Assembly (NCBI GenBank): GCA_035193785.1
Contig: CP136572.1
Coordinates: forward strand, 4,980,578 to 5,044,577
Length of the DNA: 64,000 nucleotides
Reading direction: 5' to 3'
From: Planktothrix sp. GU0601_MAG3
Lineage (GTDB): Bacteria > Cyanobacteriota > Cyanobacteriia > Cyanobacteriales > Microcoleaceae
Part shown: positions 1 through 14,796 of the stretch, in pieces
Layout: each line of letters starts with the position of its first letter
Position numbering within the stretch: the first letter of the stretch is position 1
The notes under the pieces: model-generated
Database searches by the model: none
What the model was told of the DNA's origin: nothing
The model's input: the letters and a program-made list of their open reading frames with translations, nothing else
Made by a program: the position numbers and the translations under genes

Positions 1-366
1 GATCGAGATCTAATTGATTTCAGAGATGGAGCCTATGAAATTGAACGCACCCTAGATATCCTTTATACTAACACAAAAAATGCCCTAGATTTCAAAGTTG
101 CCAAAGAAACAGAATCCGCAACTAAAGCCGCCCATCGCCTTAATACCTTAGCCTCAATTTTCTTACCCCTGACGGCAATTTCCTGTGTATTTGGGATGAA
201 TTTAACCAGTGGTCTTGAATCCCAATCTATCCTAATATTTTGGATAATTTTTTTAGCCGGAATCTGGTTAGGATTAGTAGTCAGACAATGGGTGCTTACC
301 GGAAAAATTTCTCAATTAAGTTTCAGCAAATTAGCAATAGATTTAAAACGAGAATTATCAGATTAG
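1..366 (+). CDS. 3' part of a CorA-like divalent cation transporter family protein (partial)
   Basis: Frame 1 is open from base 1: ...AHRLNTLASIFLPLTAISCVFGMNL... has the CorA GMN motif followed by a second TM helix; TAG at 364-366. Confidence 0.7.
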   Translation, partial: DRDLIDFRDGAYEIERTLDILYTNTKNALDFKVAKETESATKAAHRLNTLASIFLPLTAISCVFGMNLTSGLESQSILIFWIIFLAGIWLGLVVRQWVLTGKISQLSFSKLAIDLKRELSD

Positions 367-522
367 ACAGGTTTATGCAGACCAACCCATCACCCCATGT
401 TGCCCATAGCCGATAGACTATTCCCCATTCCCTATTATTTAACTTGTCAGCGCCAGGATGAGTTTTAATGATATGATGGAAGTTTTGCATACTCACCAAA
501 CAACCACCAAAGGAGAAGCCAA

Positions 523-1519
<997 letters not shown>

Positions 1520-1524
1520 ATTAG

Positions 1525-1752
1525 CAGGGGGAGTAGGGGGAGGAGGAGCAGGGGGAGCAGGGGGAGTGGAGGAGCAGGGGGAGTGGAGGAGTGGAGGAGT
1601 GGAGGAGCAGGGGGAGTAATTATTTATTCCTAACTTCTAACTTCTAACTTCTAACTCCTAACTCCTAACTTCTAACTCCTAACTCCTAACTTCTAACTTC
1701 TAACTCCTTCCCTCCCCTGCTCCCCCTGCCTCCCCTGCTCCCCCTACTGCCT
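1525..1752. repeat. Short tandem repeats (GGAGCAGGG-type and CTAACTY heptamers) between convergent genes
   Basis: GA-rich tandem units, then ~10 CTAACTT/CTAACTC units, then the complementary CTCCCCTG units. Confidence 0.85.
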
Positions 1753-1754
1753 CC

Positions 1755-1979
1755 CTATTTTACTGGCTGACCCTTATCAAGTTTTTCAATTTCTTTCTCC
1801 CGTTGTTCGTTAGTATCTTTAGGTTTTAACCACTGTGGCCATAAACTAACAACAAACTGACGACTGGTTTTACTGGCATCTCTGGCAGGTTTGGGCAAAA
1901 ATTTAAACGTATCGCCCGAGGAAATAAACAGAACAATTAAGGCGACGGCGCCCCAGCCCAGAATTTTTTTAGGAGTCAT
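1755..1979 (-). CDS. Small hypothetical membrane-anchored protein
   Basis: 74-aa ORF with an N-terminal hydrophobic segment. Confidence 0.65.
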   Translation of the reverse strand: MTPKKILGWGAVALIVLFISSGDTFKFLPKPARDASKTSRQFVVSLWPQWLKPKDTNEQREKEIEKLDKGQPVK

Positions 1980-2065
1980 AAGCGATTTTTTAGATAGAGA
2001 TATTTATGGGATTTTATTGTAATCAAATTTGAAAATTTTGTACACCCTGACTATGATTATACCCA

Positions 2066-3749
2066 TTAATACTGAGTTTTTAATAAGTCTTCAATAAAAA
2101 CTTGAGTTTCCGGGGGAATATCAGTAATTAAACGCACCGGAAAAGCGGGAGTTGAGATAAATTGATAATATTCTGGAGTCAGGAATACCTGATATTTTTG
2201 GGCTTCGGGAGTCAGTTGGGCGGCGGTGGCTAAAACCATAGCTTTAGCATAATTCTTAACATCTTGTGAGGCATCTCCCACGATTTCACCCCCGGAAATG
2301 GGAGTCACAGGAATCCAACTTTGATCCCCAATAGTTCCAGGATCTCTGACACTTAAATGGGTGGCTCCTAAAACCCCTAATAATAATTTTTCGGTTTTAA
2401 TTTGGGGAAAAATAGCAATTTGTTCGGGTAAAGCGGGGGTGACTTTATCGGATGATTGGGTAAGAATTAAAGTAGGAACTTGAACTTGATTTAATCCTGT
2501 TTTTCCAAATATAACCGAAGCAGTGGGGGAAAATGCGATCGCCCGTTTAATTCGTGGGTCACTAAACCGATAACGATCATTTGGGAGTTTCTGCGGCTAA
2601 ACATTGGGTAGCTTTTCCCAGACTAAAGGTAATAAAACTCTGATCACAACTTTTCCTTAATTGATCAATTTGGAACTCTCCCCCAGCTAAAGCTAAAGCC
2701 GTTGCTCCGCCGAAAGAATATCCAAATACTAAAGTATTATTAGTATTAAATTTACCTTTAAATCTAGGATCATTTATATTCAATTTTTCTAATTCATTCA
2801 AGGTAAAAATCAAATCTTGGGGACGTTCGATAATTTCCGTGGGAGATAAAAATAAATTCTGATTTACAAAATTCGCGTTACTCCCGGGGTGTTCGGGCAC
2901 AATAACCGTATAGCCATGGGAGGCTAAATGTTCCATTAAATATCGTAATTCTTGATAATCAGAACCTCGACCATGGGAATAAAGAATTAAGGGTTGATCG
3001 GGTGTAGCTGCGGAGGAAGAATAAATATAAACCGGAATATTGCGATCGCGTTGTTTATCCAGTAATTCTATGCGAGTAATTTCCACTTTTCCTGGCCCGG
3101 GTTGACTAGGATCAAAAGGAATTGATGGAGCTTGAGATCCTTCAGGGGTGAGTTTAGGTAAGACCTCTAAAAGTAACCTTTGAGTTTGCCAAAATCCTTG
3201 ATTTAATCGTGTTAAAACCGCAAAAGCTTGCGGAAGATTAATCTCAATCGTCGGTAAAGGATAGTTTTCTAAAAAATTAATAACGGATAAGCCCTGTTCA
3301 GATTTAGCCGAAGACAGAATAGCTGTTTTAATCGCTGTTCCACCTTGAGATTTGTCCGCAGAAATAATCGTATCAATATCAGTTAATAATCTAGTTCCCA
3401 CTTGACTATTAACAATTTCTTCAACGGTTTCATCTTTAATTTTAATTTTAATGTTTAAAGCTCCTAAAGCCTGTTGCTTTTGTTCGGGCTTTAAAAAGCT
3501 AAAATAACCCAATAATCCCACAGGAACTTTCCCCGTTTCTGCAAATTCTTTTAAGTCTTTAACGGAAACCGTCGCATAAATAAATCCCTGTCTAATCACA
3601 ACGGATTCCGCCGCCAGCAGGGGGGGGGTAAACGGAGGAAAACCACTTAAAATAGTAGTTGTGAAAAGACTCAGGGGAAACAACAATTTTTTCCACTGGC
3701 GTTTGGCGCACTGTGCGGAAGCAGAAAGGGGAATTTGAACCATAATCAA
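2066..3749 (-). CDS. DUF1400-type alpha/beta hydrolase (one +1 break at GTTTC 2587-2591)
   Basis: N-terminal DUF1400-like region, SHGRGS, nucleophile motif GYSFGG; length is 3n+1 and the frame rejoins the 2066..2308 ORF. Confidence 0.85.
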
Positions 3750-3787
3750 AGATCTAGGTTAAACAATCCCAAAAGTTTAGCATCGAA

Positions 3788-5198
3788 TTATCCGATCGCC
3801 ATCGGGGGGCGGTGCTGGGAAAAGGGTTGGGCTGCTTCAAGCTGGGCAGCTAAAGCGATTAGAGTGGCTTCAGAGGCTGGTTTTCCCACCAACTGCACCC
3901 CCAGGGGTAAACCTTCGGCGGTAAATCCGGTGGGAATTGCGATCGCCGGTTGGCCACTGACATTAAAACCGGGACAGGGAGAAATCCATTCGGTAATCCG
4001 TTGTAGGGTTTCTGGGGGGGAAAGTTGGGCATATTCCCCCACCCGAATTGCTGGGTGCGTATAGGTGGGCAAAAGCACCGCATCAAAGGGGCTGAAAGAT
4101 GCCACAATTTGACGACCGCCGACCTGCATTTTAGACACCGCTTGCAAATATTCTCCGGCGGTGATTTCCGTTGACATTAACCATTGATTCACTGAGCCCA
4201 AATACTCCTGGGGAATTCCCGCCGCGGCTACTCCCGATTTCCAAACGGCAATAAATGGTTCCAGAATATCACTAAAATCGGGATTAATCGGTTCGATTTG
4301 ATGACCTAATTGTTCAAGGAGATTCACGGTATTTTTTAAGGCTTGTTCACAGTCTGGAGAGAGGGAACTACCGGGTAAAATAGAAGTGGCGATCGCAATT
4401 TTTAAAGACTTTGGTGGTTGTTGAGTTGCGGCTAAAAATGAAGGATTTGGATCGGGTAACCAATAGGGATCACCCAAAATATATCCCGACATAATATCAA
4501 GTAAAGCCGCGGCATCGGCCACGGTACGCGCTAGGGGGCCATCGGTGGAAATCCCACTTTGGAAGTCCCCCACCGGAGCATGGGAAACACGCCCCCGAGT
4601 CGGTTTAATTCCCACCAAACCACAACAAAAAGCTGGGCCACGCACCGACCCCCCACCATCCGACCCATGGGCGACCGGGGACAACCCAGCCGCCACGGCC
4701 GCCGCAGCCCCACCACTGGAACCTCCGGGGGTGTGGTCTAAATTCCAAGGGTTACGGGCGGGAGGGAAACCATCGGGTTCGGTGTAGGGTAGGGAGCCGA
4801 TTTCTGAGGTCGCCGTTTTCCCTAAAATATTAAATCCGGCTTGACGAATCCGGCTGACCACCCCATCATCATAGGTGGCGATTCTATCCATTAAAGCCCG
4901 GGAAACCGTAGGTACAGGCGACTCCGGCAACGGGGTTTAGATCTTTAATAGAAATGGGAACTCCAAAAAAAGGCGGTAAATCCTGAATATCTGAAATCTG
5001 GACTAATTGTTCCGTTTGGGTTTTCGCCAATCCTAAAGCCCTATCTGCCATTACGGTAAAATAACAACCCAACAGAGGATTTAACCGTTGAATTCGATCT
5101 AAATAAAGATTAACTAATTCTAAAGGGGAGATAACTTTGGTGCGAATTAATTGGGCTTGTTCTAAGGCAGAAGTAAAGGCTAAATCCACTGAATTCAT
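3788..5198 (-). CDS. Amidase-signature family protein (one +1 break at GAAAC 4902-4906)
   Basis: GVPISIKDL, PGGSSGG, GSDGGGSVRGPA. Confidence 0.92.
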
Positions 5199-5278
5199 AC
5201 TAATTAACTCAAATAAAATAATGATAAACAACCGTTGATTCTGGTTGAAGTTTATCATTATTCTGGAGAAAACTAACA

Positions 5279-5412
5279 TCTATTACCTATTACCCATTAC
5301 CTATTACCCAAAACCCATTACCCAAAACCCAAAACCCATTACCCAAAACCCAAAACCCAAAACCCATTACCCATTACCTATTACCCATTACCTATTCCCC
5401 GTTCCCTGTTCC
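5279..5412. repeat. Heptamer tandem repeats (ACCCATT/ACCCAAA)
   Basis: Visible tandem array. Confidence 0.85.
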
Positions 5413-5519
5413 CTAGCGCTATATTGTTTGCGACAACACCGGATTGGGGGGTAAACTAGGGACATGGGATTTTAAGATTTCAGCTAAAATTAATTGTTTC
5501 TATTCTAAGGTCACGCGAT

Positions 5520-6768
5520 ATGACACAATCAGAGCGTCCACCTGTGCCTCGTCCGCCAGTACCAGGGGTTCCACCCCGTCCACCCGCACCTAAAGCACCT
5601 CCACCTCCGGGCGCGACCACTGCAACCACTCTTTCTGCACCTGCTCAGGCTACCGCGACAACCACAAGGGTGATGGTCGCACCCAGAAATAAGGGCCCAA
5701 GCCCGGGAAACCCTACCTTAGTGGATATTGTCAGACGAGCCAATGAGGAGGGCGCTTCCGACGTTCACCTAGGGGTGAATGAACCCCCACGCCTTCGGAA
5801 ACGGGGGGATATTGTGCCTTTGGAGTGGCCGAACACCGACTTAAATACCTTTATGAGTTGGTTGATGGAGGTATTAAGCGATGAGGAAATCCGGCAATTT
5901 CAAGAAAACTTAGACTTTGACGGAGCGGCGGATTTAGGTTTTGTCCGCATTCGGATTAGTATTTTTGACGCCCTCAATGGCCCTTCATTGGTGTTGCGGT
6001 TAATTGGTTCTTCGATTTTGACTTTGGAAACAGTTGAAGTTACCAGAGGTATTTAAAAAAATCTGTCAATATCACAAGGGATTAATTCTAGTTACTGGGC
6101 CAACGGGGTCGGGTAAGTCTACTACCCTGGCGGCTATGATTGACTACATGAACCGCAACTATGCCTACAATATTATTACCATTGAAGACCCGGTAGAATT
6201 TGTTCACGAAAGTAAAAAATCCCTGATTAAACACCGAGAAGTCGGGCGTCATACCTTGAAGTTTTTTAATGCTCTTAAAGGGGCTTTGCGTCAAGATCCT
6301 GATGTTTTACTGGTAGGAGAAATTCGGGATAAAGAATCAATGCAAATTGCTTTAAAAGCAGCACAAACAGGTCACTTAGTCTCTGGAACTTTACACACTA
6401 ATAGTGCGGTCAAAACCTTAACTCGGATTTTAGATATGTTTACCGCCGAGGAACAATCTGCAATTAAAGTTTCTATTTCCGAATCTTTGGTGGCTATTAT
6501 TGCTCAATTGTTGTGTAAAACTACCGATGGTAAACGGGCTGCTTTTCACGATGTTCTGATCAATACGGATGTGATTAAGGAATATATCGTGAAAGACAAG
6601 TTTGAAGACATTAATCAAATTATGCTCAAAGATACCTATGAAGGGATGACGACTATGAACAAATCCCTTTATAATCTCTACCAAGAAGGACGAATTACGG
6701 AGGAGATTTGTTTAGAGGTTTCTCCTTTCCCCAACGAGATGAGCCAAATGTTACGAGGACGAGTCTAA
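5520..6768 (+). CDS. pilT: Type IV pilus retraction ATPase with Pro-rich N-terminus (PilT2-like; +1 break at GAAAC 6027-6031)
   Basis: GASDVHL, GPTGSGKST, TIEDPVE, ALRQDPD, GHLVSGTLHT. Confidence 0.92.
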
Positions 6769-6970
6769 CAAAAATCTAAAGTTTTAGCCGGACTTGGGCT
6801 TTGATCCCATACAGTTAAATATTGGTAGATCGTGATCCTTGACTTTAATAAGTATTAGATTATTTTTCAAGCTAAGGTCACGATTCAACCGTTTCCCCAT
6901 TCGTAATTCGTAATTCGTAATTCGTAATTACCCATTCCCCATTACCCATTTTTACAGATGGAATGATACC

Positions 6971-7787
6971 TTGAATTTATTTCAGTCTACGGTCAATCAT
7001 TCATTTAAAGCGATCGCTTTATTCACCCCCGGGGGAGATTTAGTCTATTGTATCGACCCAAATAAACAGCGTCGTTGGCATTCTGATCTGTGTATTTATT
7101 TACAAGAATTCCTCGGTTTACCCGAACCGCCTCATTTTTTAATTCCTTGCTATACCGCCACCTATGATCAATGGGTCAACCCCCAAACCCAAGAAATTCA
7201 GTTTTCCGCAGAAGCCTATCCCCCAGTTCTGCAATACCAAACCTTATTAAATACCCTGTTTGATACCGGGGATTTAGTTTGGCAACCGACAAAAAATTCC
7301 GAAGAAGTTTGTAACCCTTTAATTATTGCGACTTACTATGAGCGGTTTCCCAAACTGTGGGAAAATCATGATCTGATTGTTCAGGTAAAAAAAACCAATC
7401 TAAGTGATGATTCCATCGCCTCCAAACATCTATCGGAACCGCGATCTCCGGCTTTTGAATTAGATTTATCTCCTCAACCCAAACCCCATGAAACCAAAGG
7501 CTATATTTTACGGTTATTTGTCTCCGGTAATAGTCTGGTGACAGAAAAAACCTTGCAAACCCTACATCAACTCTTAGAAGGTTTCTATCGGTGATCCTTA
7601 CACCTTAAAAGTGATTGACGTTTTAAAACATCCCGACTTAGCCGAAGCTGACCAAATTTCCGCCACCCCCACCTTAATTAAGGTCTGGCCGAAACCCGTG
7701 CGGCGGATTGTTGGAGAGTTAAATAATGTTGATACTATTCTTAAATTATTAGGGAATCCTGCGGATGACTTTCCCAATGAATTTTAA
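6971..7787 (+). CDS. KaiB-domain protein with uncharacterised N-terminal domain (+1 break at GTTTC 7581-7585)
   Basis: [10 protein letters not shown]; after repair [41 protein letters not shown]. Confidence 0.85.
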
Positions 7788-7804
7788 CTTTCGAGCCTAA
7801 ATCA

Positions 7805-7869
7805 AGTAGGGGCGAATGGCCATTTGCCCCTACAGATGGTGTATAATTGGGTATTCTGCGTAAGTCCTG
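7805..7869. mobile_element. Partial copy of the 92-bp MITE
   Basis: GTAGGGGCGAATGGCCATTTGCCCCTAC...TGCGTAAGTCCTG, matching 20232-20323 and 45637-45728. Confidence 0.8.
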
Positions 7870-7873
7870 TGAA

Positions 7874-10800
7874 TTAACAAGGAATTACAATCATAAATTC
7901 CGCACCTTCACCCGGAATTGAACTTACCTCTATTATACCCGAGTGTTTTTCCACAATAATCTGTCGAGCGATCGCTAATCCTAAACCCGTCCCTTTCCCC
8001 ACTTCTTTTGTAGTAAATAAATGATCAAATATCCTTTCCTGTACCTCTGGACTCATGCCCATACCATTGTCTGTAATCCTGATAATTACCTGTTTTTGAT
8101 CCTGAGATAACTCAGTTTTAATTCTAATTTGATTATTAATCTCCCCATAACTTCGCCCTTGATTAGATTGTTCCAAAGCATCGATCGCATTACTTAAAAT
8201 ATTCATAAACACCTGATTGAGTTGTCCCGCGTAACATTGGAGTTGGGACAAACTGCCATAATCCTTAATTACCTGAATTTCCGGGCGTTTCTCATTAGCT
8301 TTGAGGCGATGTCTGAGAATCATCAAGGTGCTATCAATGCCATCATGAATATTACAGGTAATGGGGTGATCACTATCCCCACGGGAAAAGGTTCTGAGGC
8401 TAACACTCATATCCTGAATTCGCTTCACTCCTTCCTGCATCGAACCAATTAATTTCGGTAAATCTTCCCTGATATAATCCAGATCAATCGCTTCTATTTC
8501 CGCTTGAATTTCTGCATCCGGTTGGGAGTATTTTTTCTGATATAAATCAATTAATTCTAACAAGTCTTTGATATAACTCAGGATGGGTGGAATATTGCAC
8601 TTGAGAAAACTCACAGGATTATTAATTTCGTGGGCAACCCCGGCCACTAAATTTCCTAAAGCCGACATTTTTTCATTCTGCACCAGTTGGAGTTGCATGG
8701 TTTGCAGTTTCCTGTAGGGTTCTCTCCAATTCCTGAGATTTTTGTCGGAGATTATCTTCCGCCCGTTTGCGGGCATCAATATCGGCACAAGTACCAATCC
8801 ATTCTTTCACACTCCCGTCTGTGCTGAGGATCGGAACCCCTTGAACATCAAAATAACGGTAAATGCCGTCAGCCCCCCGAAGGCGGTACTGGGTTCGGTA
8901 TAGGCTCTTAGTTTCAACGGCCTGAAGCCAAAGTTTAGTAGTATGCTCAAGATCATCGGGGTGTAGGGCATTCAGCCATCCGGTTCCCTTAACTTCTTCC
9001 TGGGTCTGTCCCGTATAGGCGATCCAGTGGACGGTATCGAGGTTTTCGCCTTGAGAGTTAGCCAGCCAGATAATCTGGGAGGTGGCGGTTGCTAGGTAAC
9101 GATAGCGAGATTCACTGACTTGAAATTTCTCTAAAGATTGTTCTAGTTGTTGAGCATAGGTTTGGGATTCCTGATAAAGTCGGCCATTTTCTAGGGAAAT
9201 TGCCGCTTGGGAACAGAGGAATTTGAGTAATTCGACACGATCGCCAGTAAATGCACCAACGGCTAAATTATTTTCTAAATATAAAATCCCAATTAACTGA
9301 CTTTGATGGATAATGGGAACACAAATAATACTTTTTGGACGATTTTTTTGGATATAGGGATCGGCGATAAAGCGATTACTAATTCTGGCATCTGCTAGGA
9401 CAAGCGGTTTTAAATTTCGCTTAACACTATTAATAATATTAATCGGTACTTCCAAGCTCAACTCTAAAGCCACGGCGAGTAATTTTTTGGGTGATTTACC
9501 ATCTTCTAGGATGGCAGCTACTTTGAATACTTCCTCTTGTTTGAGCAGTAATACACCCTTATTTGCACCCGCATTAGTAATCACAATTTCCAATAGAGTT
9601 GCCAGGAGTTTTTGGAGTTCAATTTCGCTAGAAATCGCCTGAGAAGCTTTGAGCAGAGCGGTTAAATCCAGAACTTTAGACATACTACTTGAACTATAAG
9701 TAGACATCTTCACCCCTTGGGTGATGGTTTCTTCTAATAAATCCGTCGGGCGAGATTGTTTCGGAATCAGTATCAGCAATTCAGGATAGCGTTTTTCTAA
9801 ATCAATAACTTTGGCCGTAGCTCCCCATTTGGCATAACAATAATAGGCTTCGGTGTAATATCCAGCCGCCACTTTTTCTTTGCCCCAGGCGAGATAAAAT
9901 TGAGCCGCCAGTTTCATTTCCTAGGGCTTCTCCTTGAATCGATTGATTGACTTTAGCAGCCGCAATCCCTCGATCATAATCCTCTATTGCCTGGGCAAAA
10001 TTGCCAGAAACCCGATCTATTTCTGCATTAACTAAACTGGATAAATGTAAGAAATTAACCGGATTATTGTGTGACCAAATTCCGAGTTGTTGCCGATACC
10101 TAGAAATTTTATCCCAACAGTCTTGTTTTTGGTTTTGTGGGAGATTGGGATAACGTTTAATTAGTAACAGGACATGAATAAAACAATGCTGAACATAGGG
10201 TAATAACCCTTGGGGTGCCACATTCACAATCTCTGCATCCGCTTTCTCACTGTAATAAAATGCTTGTTCCCACTGTTCATTAACAAATAGTAATTGGCTT
10301 TTCAAGATATTGAAAATACAAATCACTTGCCAATTTTTATGGTTATGACATTGCTGCAAATAATTAGCTTCCCTGAGATTAGGTGTGTTCCCAATCCATT
10401 CCGCCAAGATAATTTGACCCCCCAGAAACAAATCAATCGCCCACTGATTTTTATATTTCTGACTAAAGGCTAAGGATTCTTTAATTTCACTTAGAAGTTG
10501 TTCAATAAAAACACTTTGATAAAACCGACAATACATATTATGCCCAAAGGCATAGGCGGCATATTGCAAATTACTCGACTCTAAACCGACTCGATAGGAT
10601 GAGAGATAATCTTCAGTGGCAATTTTTAGCGGATGTGACCAATGTCTTAAGGAACTCCCAATCATCAAATAAGCCACACTTTGGGCTGATTTATTATTAA
10701 AAGTTTGCATTAAATCGAGGGTTATATCAATTAATTGGCTCGTATTTTCATACTGATTAAACGCATAGCCCCGTAGACCCCCAAAGGCAGGATAAATATA

Positions 10801-13672
10801 TCCAATCTCCGGTGTATTGCCATATTTCAAGCACAAATTAACCGCTTTTGCACAAATCACCGACCACAATCTTTGATGGGAACGATAGGTGGGTGGCCCC
10901 ATAGCAATTAATAATTTGATTGCCATTTTTGGCTCTATTTCTGTCATAATAGGTAGATTAACCAAATCAGAAAATTGGCGATTTTTTAAGGATTCTTGCA
11001 CCAAGAAAAGTTCGGAATCCCGCACCCTATCCAAATTTTCTTCTGGCAAATCAATATTCACTAAAGCCAGGGCTTGACGACCCGCTTTAATTGCTTCGGG
11101 ATACTTGGCTTGCATCGTGCATTGAACAATCGCCATATTATAAATTTCAGCCTTTTCCATGGGCAATTTTGCCTGGTTTAAAGCCTCTTGCAGCCAGTAT
11201 TCTGCCCGGTCAAAATTGCCTTCAAAATATTCAAGTTCGGCTCGTTCTTTAAACAACGTTAGACTCAAATCATAATGGTTTTCCCAAGCATCCGTGGGTA
11301 AAAGTTCCATTGCCGTTGCAATATAGTTAAAAGCATCAGAATAGGCGGTCGAGGCTTTAGCCTTCATTCCGGCGAGTAAATTTAGTTTGGCTAATTCTTC
11401 TTTTTGGCGGGCTTGAGTGATTAGGCCCTTACCAATATTTAAGTGATTAACGATTTCAAAAATTCGTTCTTCTCGTTCGACTAAGGATAAATTTTGCAGC
11501 AGTAATGTTCCAATATTAAAATGGGTGGTTTGTTTTTCTTCTGGGGCAATTAAACAATAGGCTGCTTGTTGAACCCGGTCATGTAAAAATCGATAGGTCG
11601 GATTAATTGAAGTATTCAGGACTTCTTCTATATCGGTTTCAGTAAAGAATTTATAGATTTTGGTGGTCGGAATGACTAAACCTTTTTGCAATGCTTCCCA
11701 TAAAGATTTTGCCGTTGTTCCTGCTGATTTCTCACTGATAATACCCAAGGTATTCAAATCAAATTCAGCCCCAATACAGGCAGCTAGTTTTAGAACTTCT
11801 TGAGTATCCTTTGCTAATTTCTGTAATTGCCATGCCATAAATTCCACCACATCATCGGTGAGAGATAGGGCTTTAACTTGGGCAATATCACATTGCCAAT
11901 ACCGACTTTCCCAATTAAATAGAATCAAATTTTCACTATGCAAAACCTTGAGAAACTGAGTGGCAAAAAAAGGATTTCCCTGGGTTTTTTGATAGATTAA
12001 TTTTGTTAACGGCTGGGCGAGGGATAATTCACAGTTAATAGTATCAGCCACCAACTGATTGAGATGGGATTGGGTTAAGGGGGGCAAAGTGATGGTATTA
12101 ATGGTTGCTCCCGTTTTGAGCATTTCATTAACCGTTAAAATAACAGGATGGACGGGGGAGACTTCATTATCTCGATAGGCTCCTAAGATGAATAAATAGC
12201 CTAAACTATCTTGGATTAATAATTTTAGCAAATTCAAGGAGGCGGAATCCGACCATTGCAAGTCATCTAAAAATAGGACGAGGGGATGTTTCTTTGCGGG
12301 TGAACACCTGGACAAATTTTTGGAACAGTAAATTAAAGCGATTCTGGGCGGCTGTACCGGATAATTCCATGACGGGGGGCTGTTTCCCGATGATATTTTC
12401 TAACTCGGGAATTACCTCAAATAAAACTTTTCCATTTTCGCCAACTGCTTCTATAATTTTAGTTTTCCAGGTTTGAATTTGGGTATCGGATTCTGATAAT
12501 AACTGCCCGATTAAGTCACAGAGAGCCTGCACAAAACCCCCTAGGGGAATATGTTGATTAAATTGATCATATTTGCCTTTAATAAAATAGCCCCGTTGTC
12601 GGACTATCGGCTTATGAACTTCGTTAATAACGGCGGTTTTGCCAATACCAGAAAACCCCGCTACTAGCATGATTTCTGTACTATTAAGATTAACTCGCTC
12701 AAAGGCATCGAGGAGTTGCTTGACTTCCGGTTCTCGACCATAGAGTTTTTCGGGGATAATAAAGTGATCGTTAATATCTTGCTGACCGATTTCAAAGGTA
12801 TCAATCTGACCCGTAGTTTGCAATTGAGTTAAACAAATCTCTAAATCATGCTTAATTCCCAAGGCACTTTGATAACGGTCTTCGGCATTTTTCTCCATTA
12901 ATTTACCAATAATTTCTGACAAAACTATTGGAATATTGGGGTTAATTGTATGAAGGGGTATAGGTTTTTTGGCAAGATGACAATGGACTAATTCCATAAC
13001 ATCGGAGGATTCAAAGGGAGGTTTTCCCGTTAATAATTGATAGCAGGTGACTCCCAAGGAATAAAAGTCACTCCGATAATCAATGCCTCGATTCATCCGT
13101 CCGGTTTGTTCCGGGGAAATATAGGTTAATGTCCCTTCTAAAATATTGGGATTCTGAATTTCTTGGGTTTCCCTCGGCAGCAGGGAAGAAATACTAAAAT
13201 CAATTAATTTAACTTCTTTGGTGTTGGGATTAATGAGAATATTAGCGGGTTTAATATCTTTATGAATGACTCGATTTTGGTAGAGATAATGTAATGTTTC
13301 TGTGAGTTTGATAGCAATTTCGAGAAACTCTATTAGGGGTAAAAATTTATAGGGGTGACTGGTATCGGTGGTAATATCCAGATATTTACAGAGGGAAATA
13401 CCCCCAAAGTCTTCCATGATTAAAGCATAACTATTGTGATAGGCGTGGAGACCCAGGGGTTTGATAATATGGGGAAAATCAAGATTTTTGGCAATGGTAT
13501 ATTGGTTACGAAATTGGACAAGTTCGCTAAAGTTGGGGTATTCATTCCGTAGGATTTTAATCACGACGGTTACTGGGTCATCATTACGAATAGCGCGATA
13601 GACCTGGGTGTGCGTGCTGGTATACAATTCTTCCGTGATTTGATAATCGGGTAAATCAGTAACAATATTCAT
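7874..13672 (-). CDS. Trifunctional Ser/Thr kinase - AAA ATPase - GAF - PAS - histidine kinase, ~1,930 aa (three +1 breaks at GTTTC 8707, 9911, 12288)
   Basis: HKDIKPANIL, GFSGIGKT, LFLDDLQW, FLHDRVQQAAY, GAF LYLENN, PAS ALHPDD, AGVAHEINNP, GTGLGL. Confidence 0.92.
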
Positions 13673-13753
13673 AACCTAAAAGCCTCTGTTTAGTCTTTAA
13701 ATAGTCTAGTTTTGTAAATATTGATATCGCTACCACCCCTGTAATCAATATTC

Positions 13754-14687
13754 TTAAACCGACCCAACCGAAGCAATAATAGTCCGGTGACGAGGGCTAT
13801 TAAAATTAACTGTAGGAGGTTGAAATCCGGCATCTATGATGGCTTGTTTCTAGGTCTAAGGTGAAATATTCATCTAAATAGGGTTCTGTACTTTTTAACA
13901 AGGTGAAAATATAGGGGGGCATTTTCTGGAAAATTTCCGATTTTGGGTTCATATCCATAATCCCTAGATGACCCCCAGGACGCAACAGCCGCCGTGCTTC
14001 TTGGCAGATTTCACGGGTGGCAGATTGGGGTAATTCGTGACAAATTAAACATAGGGAAACTAAGTCAAAAGAGCCACTGGGTAAACCCGTTGATTCTGCC
14101 GGGGCATGAACCCATTTCGGGGTATATTTCAAATTAGATTGTTTTTGTGTATTATGGGTAGCGATCGCTAAAAAATAGGGCGATAAATCAACACCGGTGA
14201 TCTGAGCTTCTGGATAAATTTCTTGCAGGGCAAAGGTACTCATCCCCACACTACACCCCAAATCCAAAATATCCAGAGGTGGCGTGGGTAATTGGGCTTT
14301 TAAAAGATCATGATAACTTTGGCGGAGTTTGGCATCCCCCTGAGCCCCGGCTTCTGGCCAGATTTTAGCATGAACCGAGTATGCGGCCACTTCCACCTCC
14401 ACGGCGGCTTGCCAACTTAGATTTCCCTTCTCATAGGCGTGGAAGGAAGTCAGGTAATAATCAGGATATTGCAGATGGGGGTTTTGGACTTGGGCTAACT
14501 CCCCATCCCAATTACGCGATAACAAAGTTTGGGCCTGTTTTCTCCAAGGAACTCCCATCGCTTCAGCCCGTTTAATCATCATTTGTCGGGCTTGGTGTTT
14601 AGCAAAATTGCTTAAGGGTTTAATGGCTAAAATCCCATTAATGAAGCGGGACATCAATTCCGGTTCCGAGGTTGTACTGACCGCCAT
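13754..14687 (-). CDS. Class I SAM-dependent methyltransferase (+1 break at GTTTC 13846-13850)
   Basis: ILDLGCSVG motif; repaired C-terminus LEQAIIDAGF...NSPRHRTIIA. Confidence 0.88.
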
Positions 14688-14796
14688 GATTTTGATATCT
14701 GAATGGATGACTATTTAATTTTCTAGTGTTTCATAATTGGGGATTTTTGTCACCCATAAGGGATGTGGGGGCGAGAAGACCTCGCCTCTACCAAGC

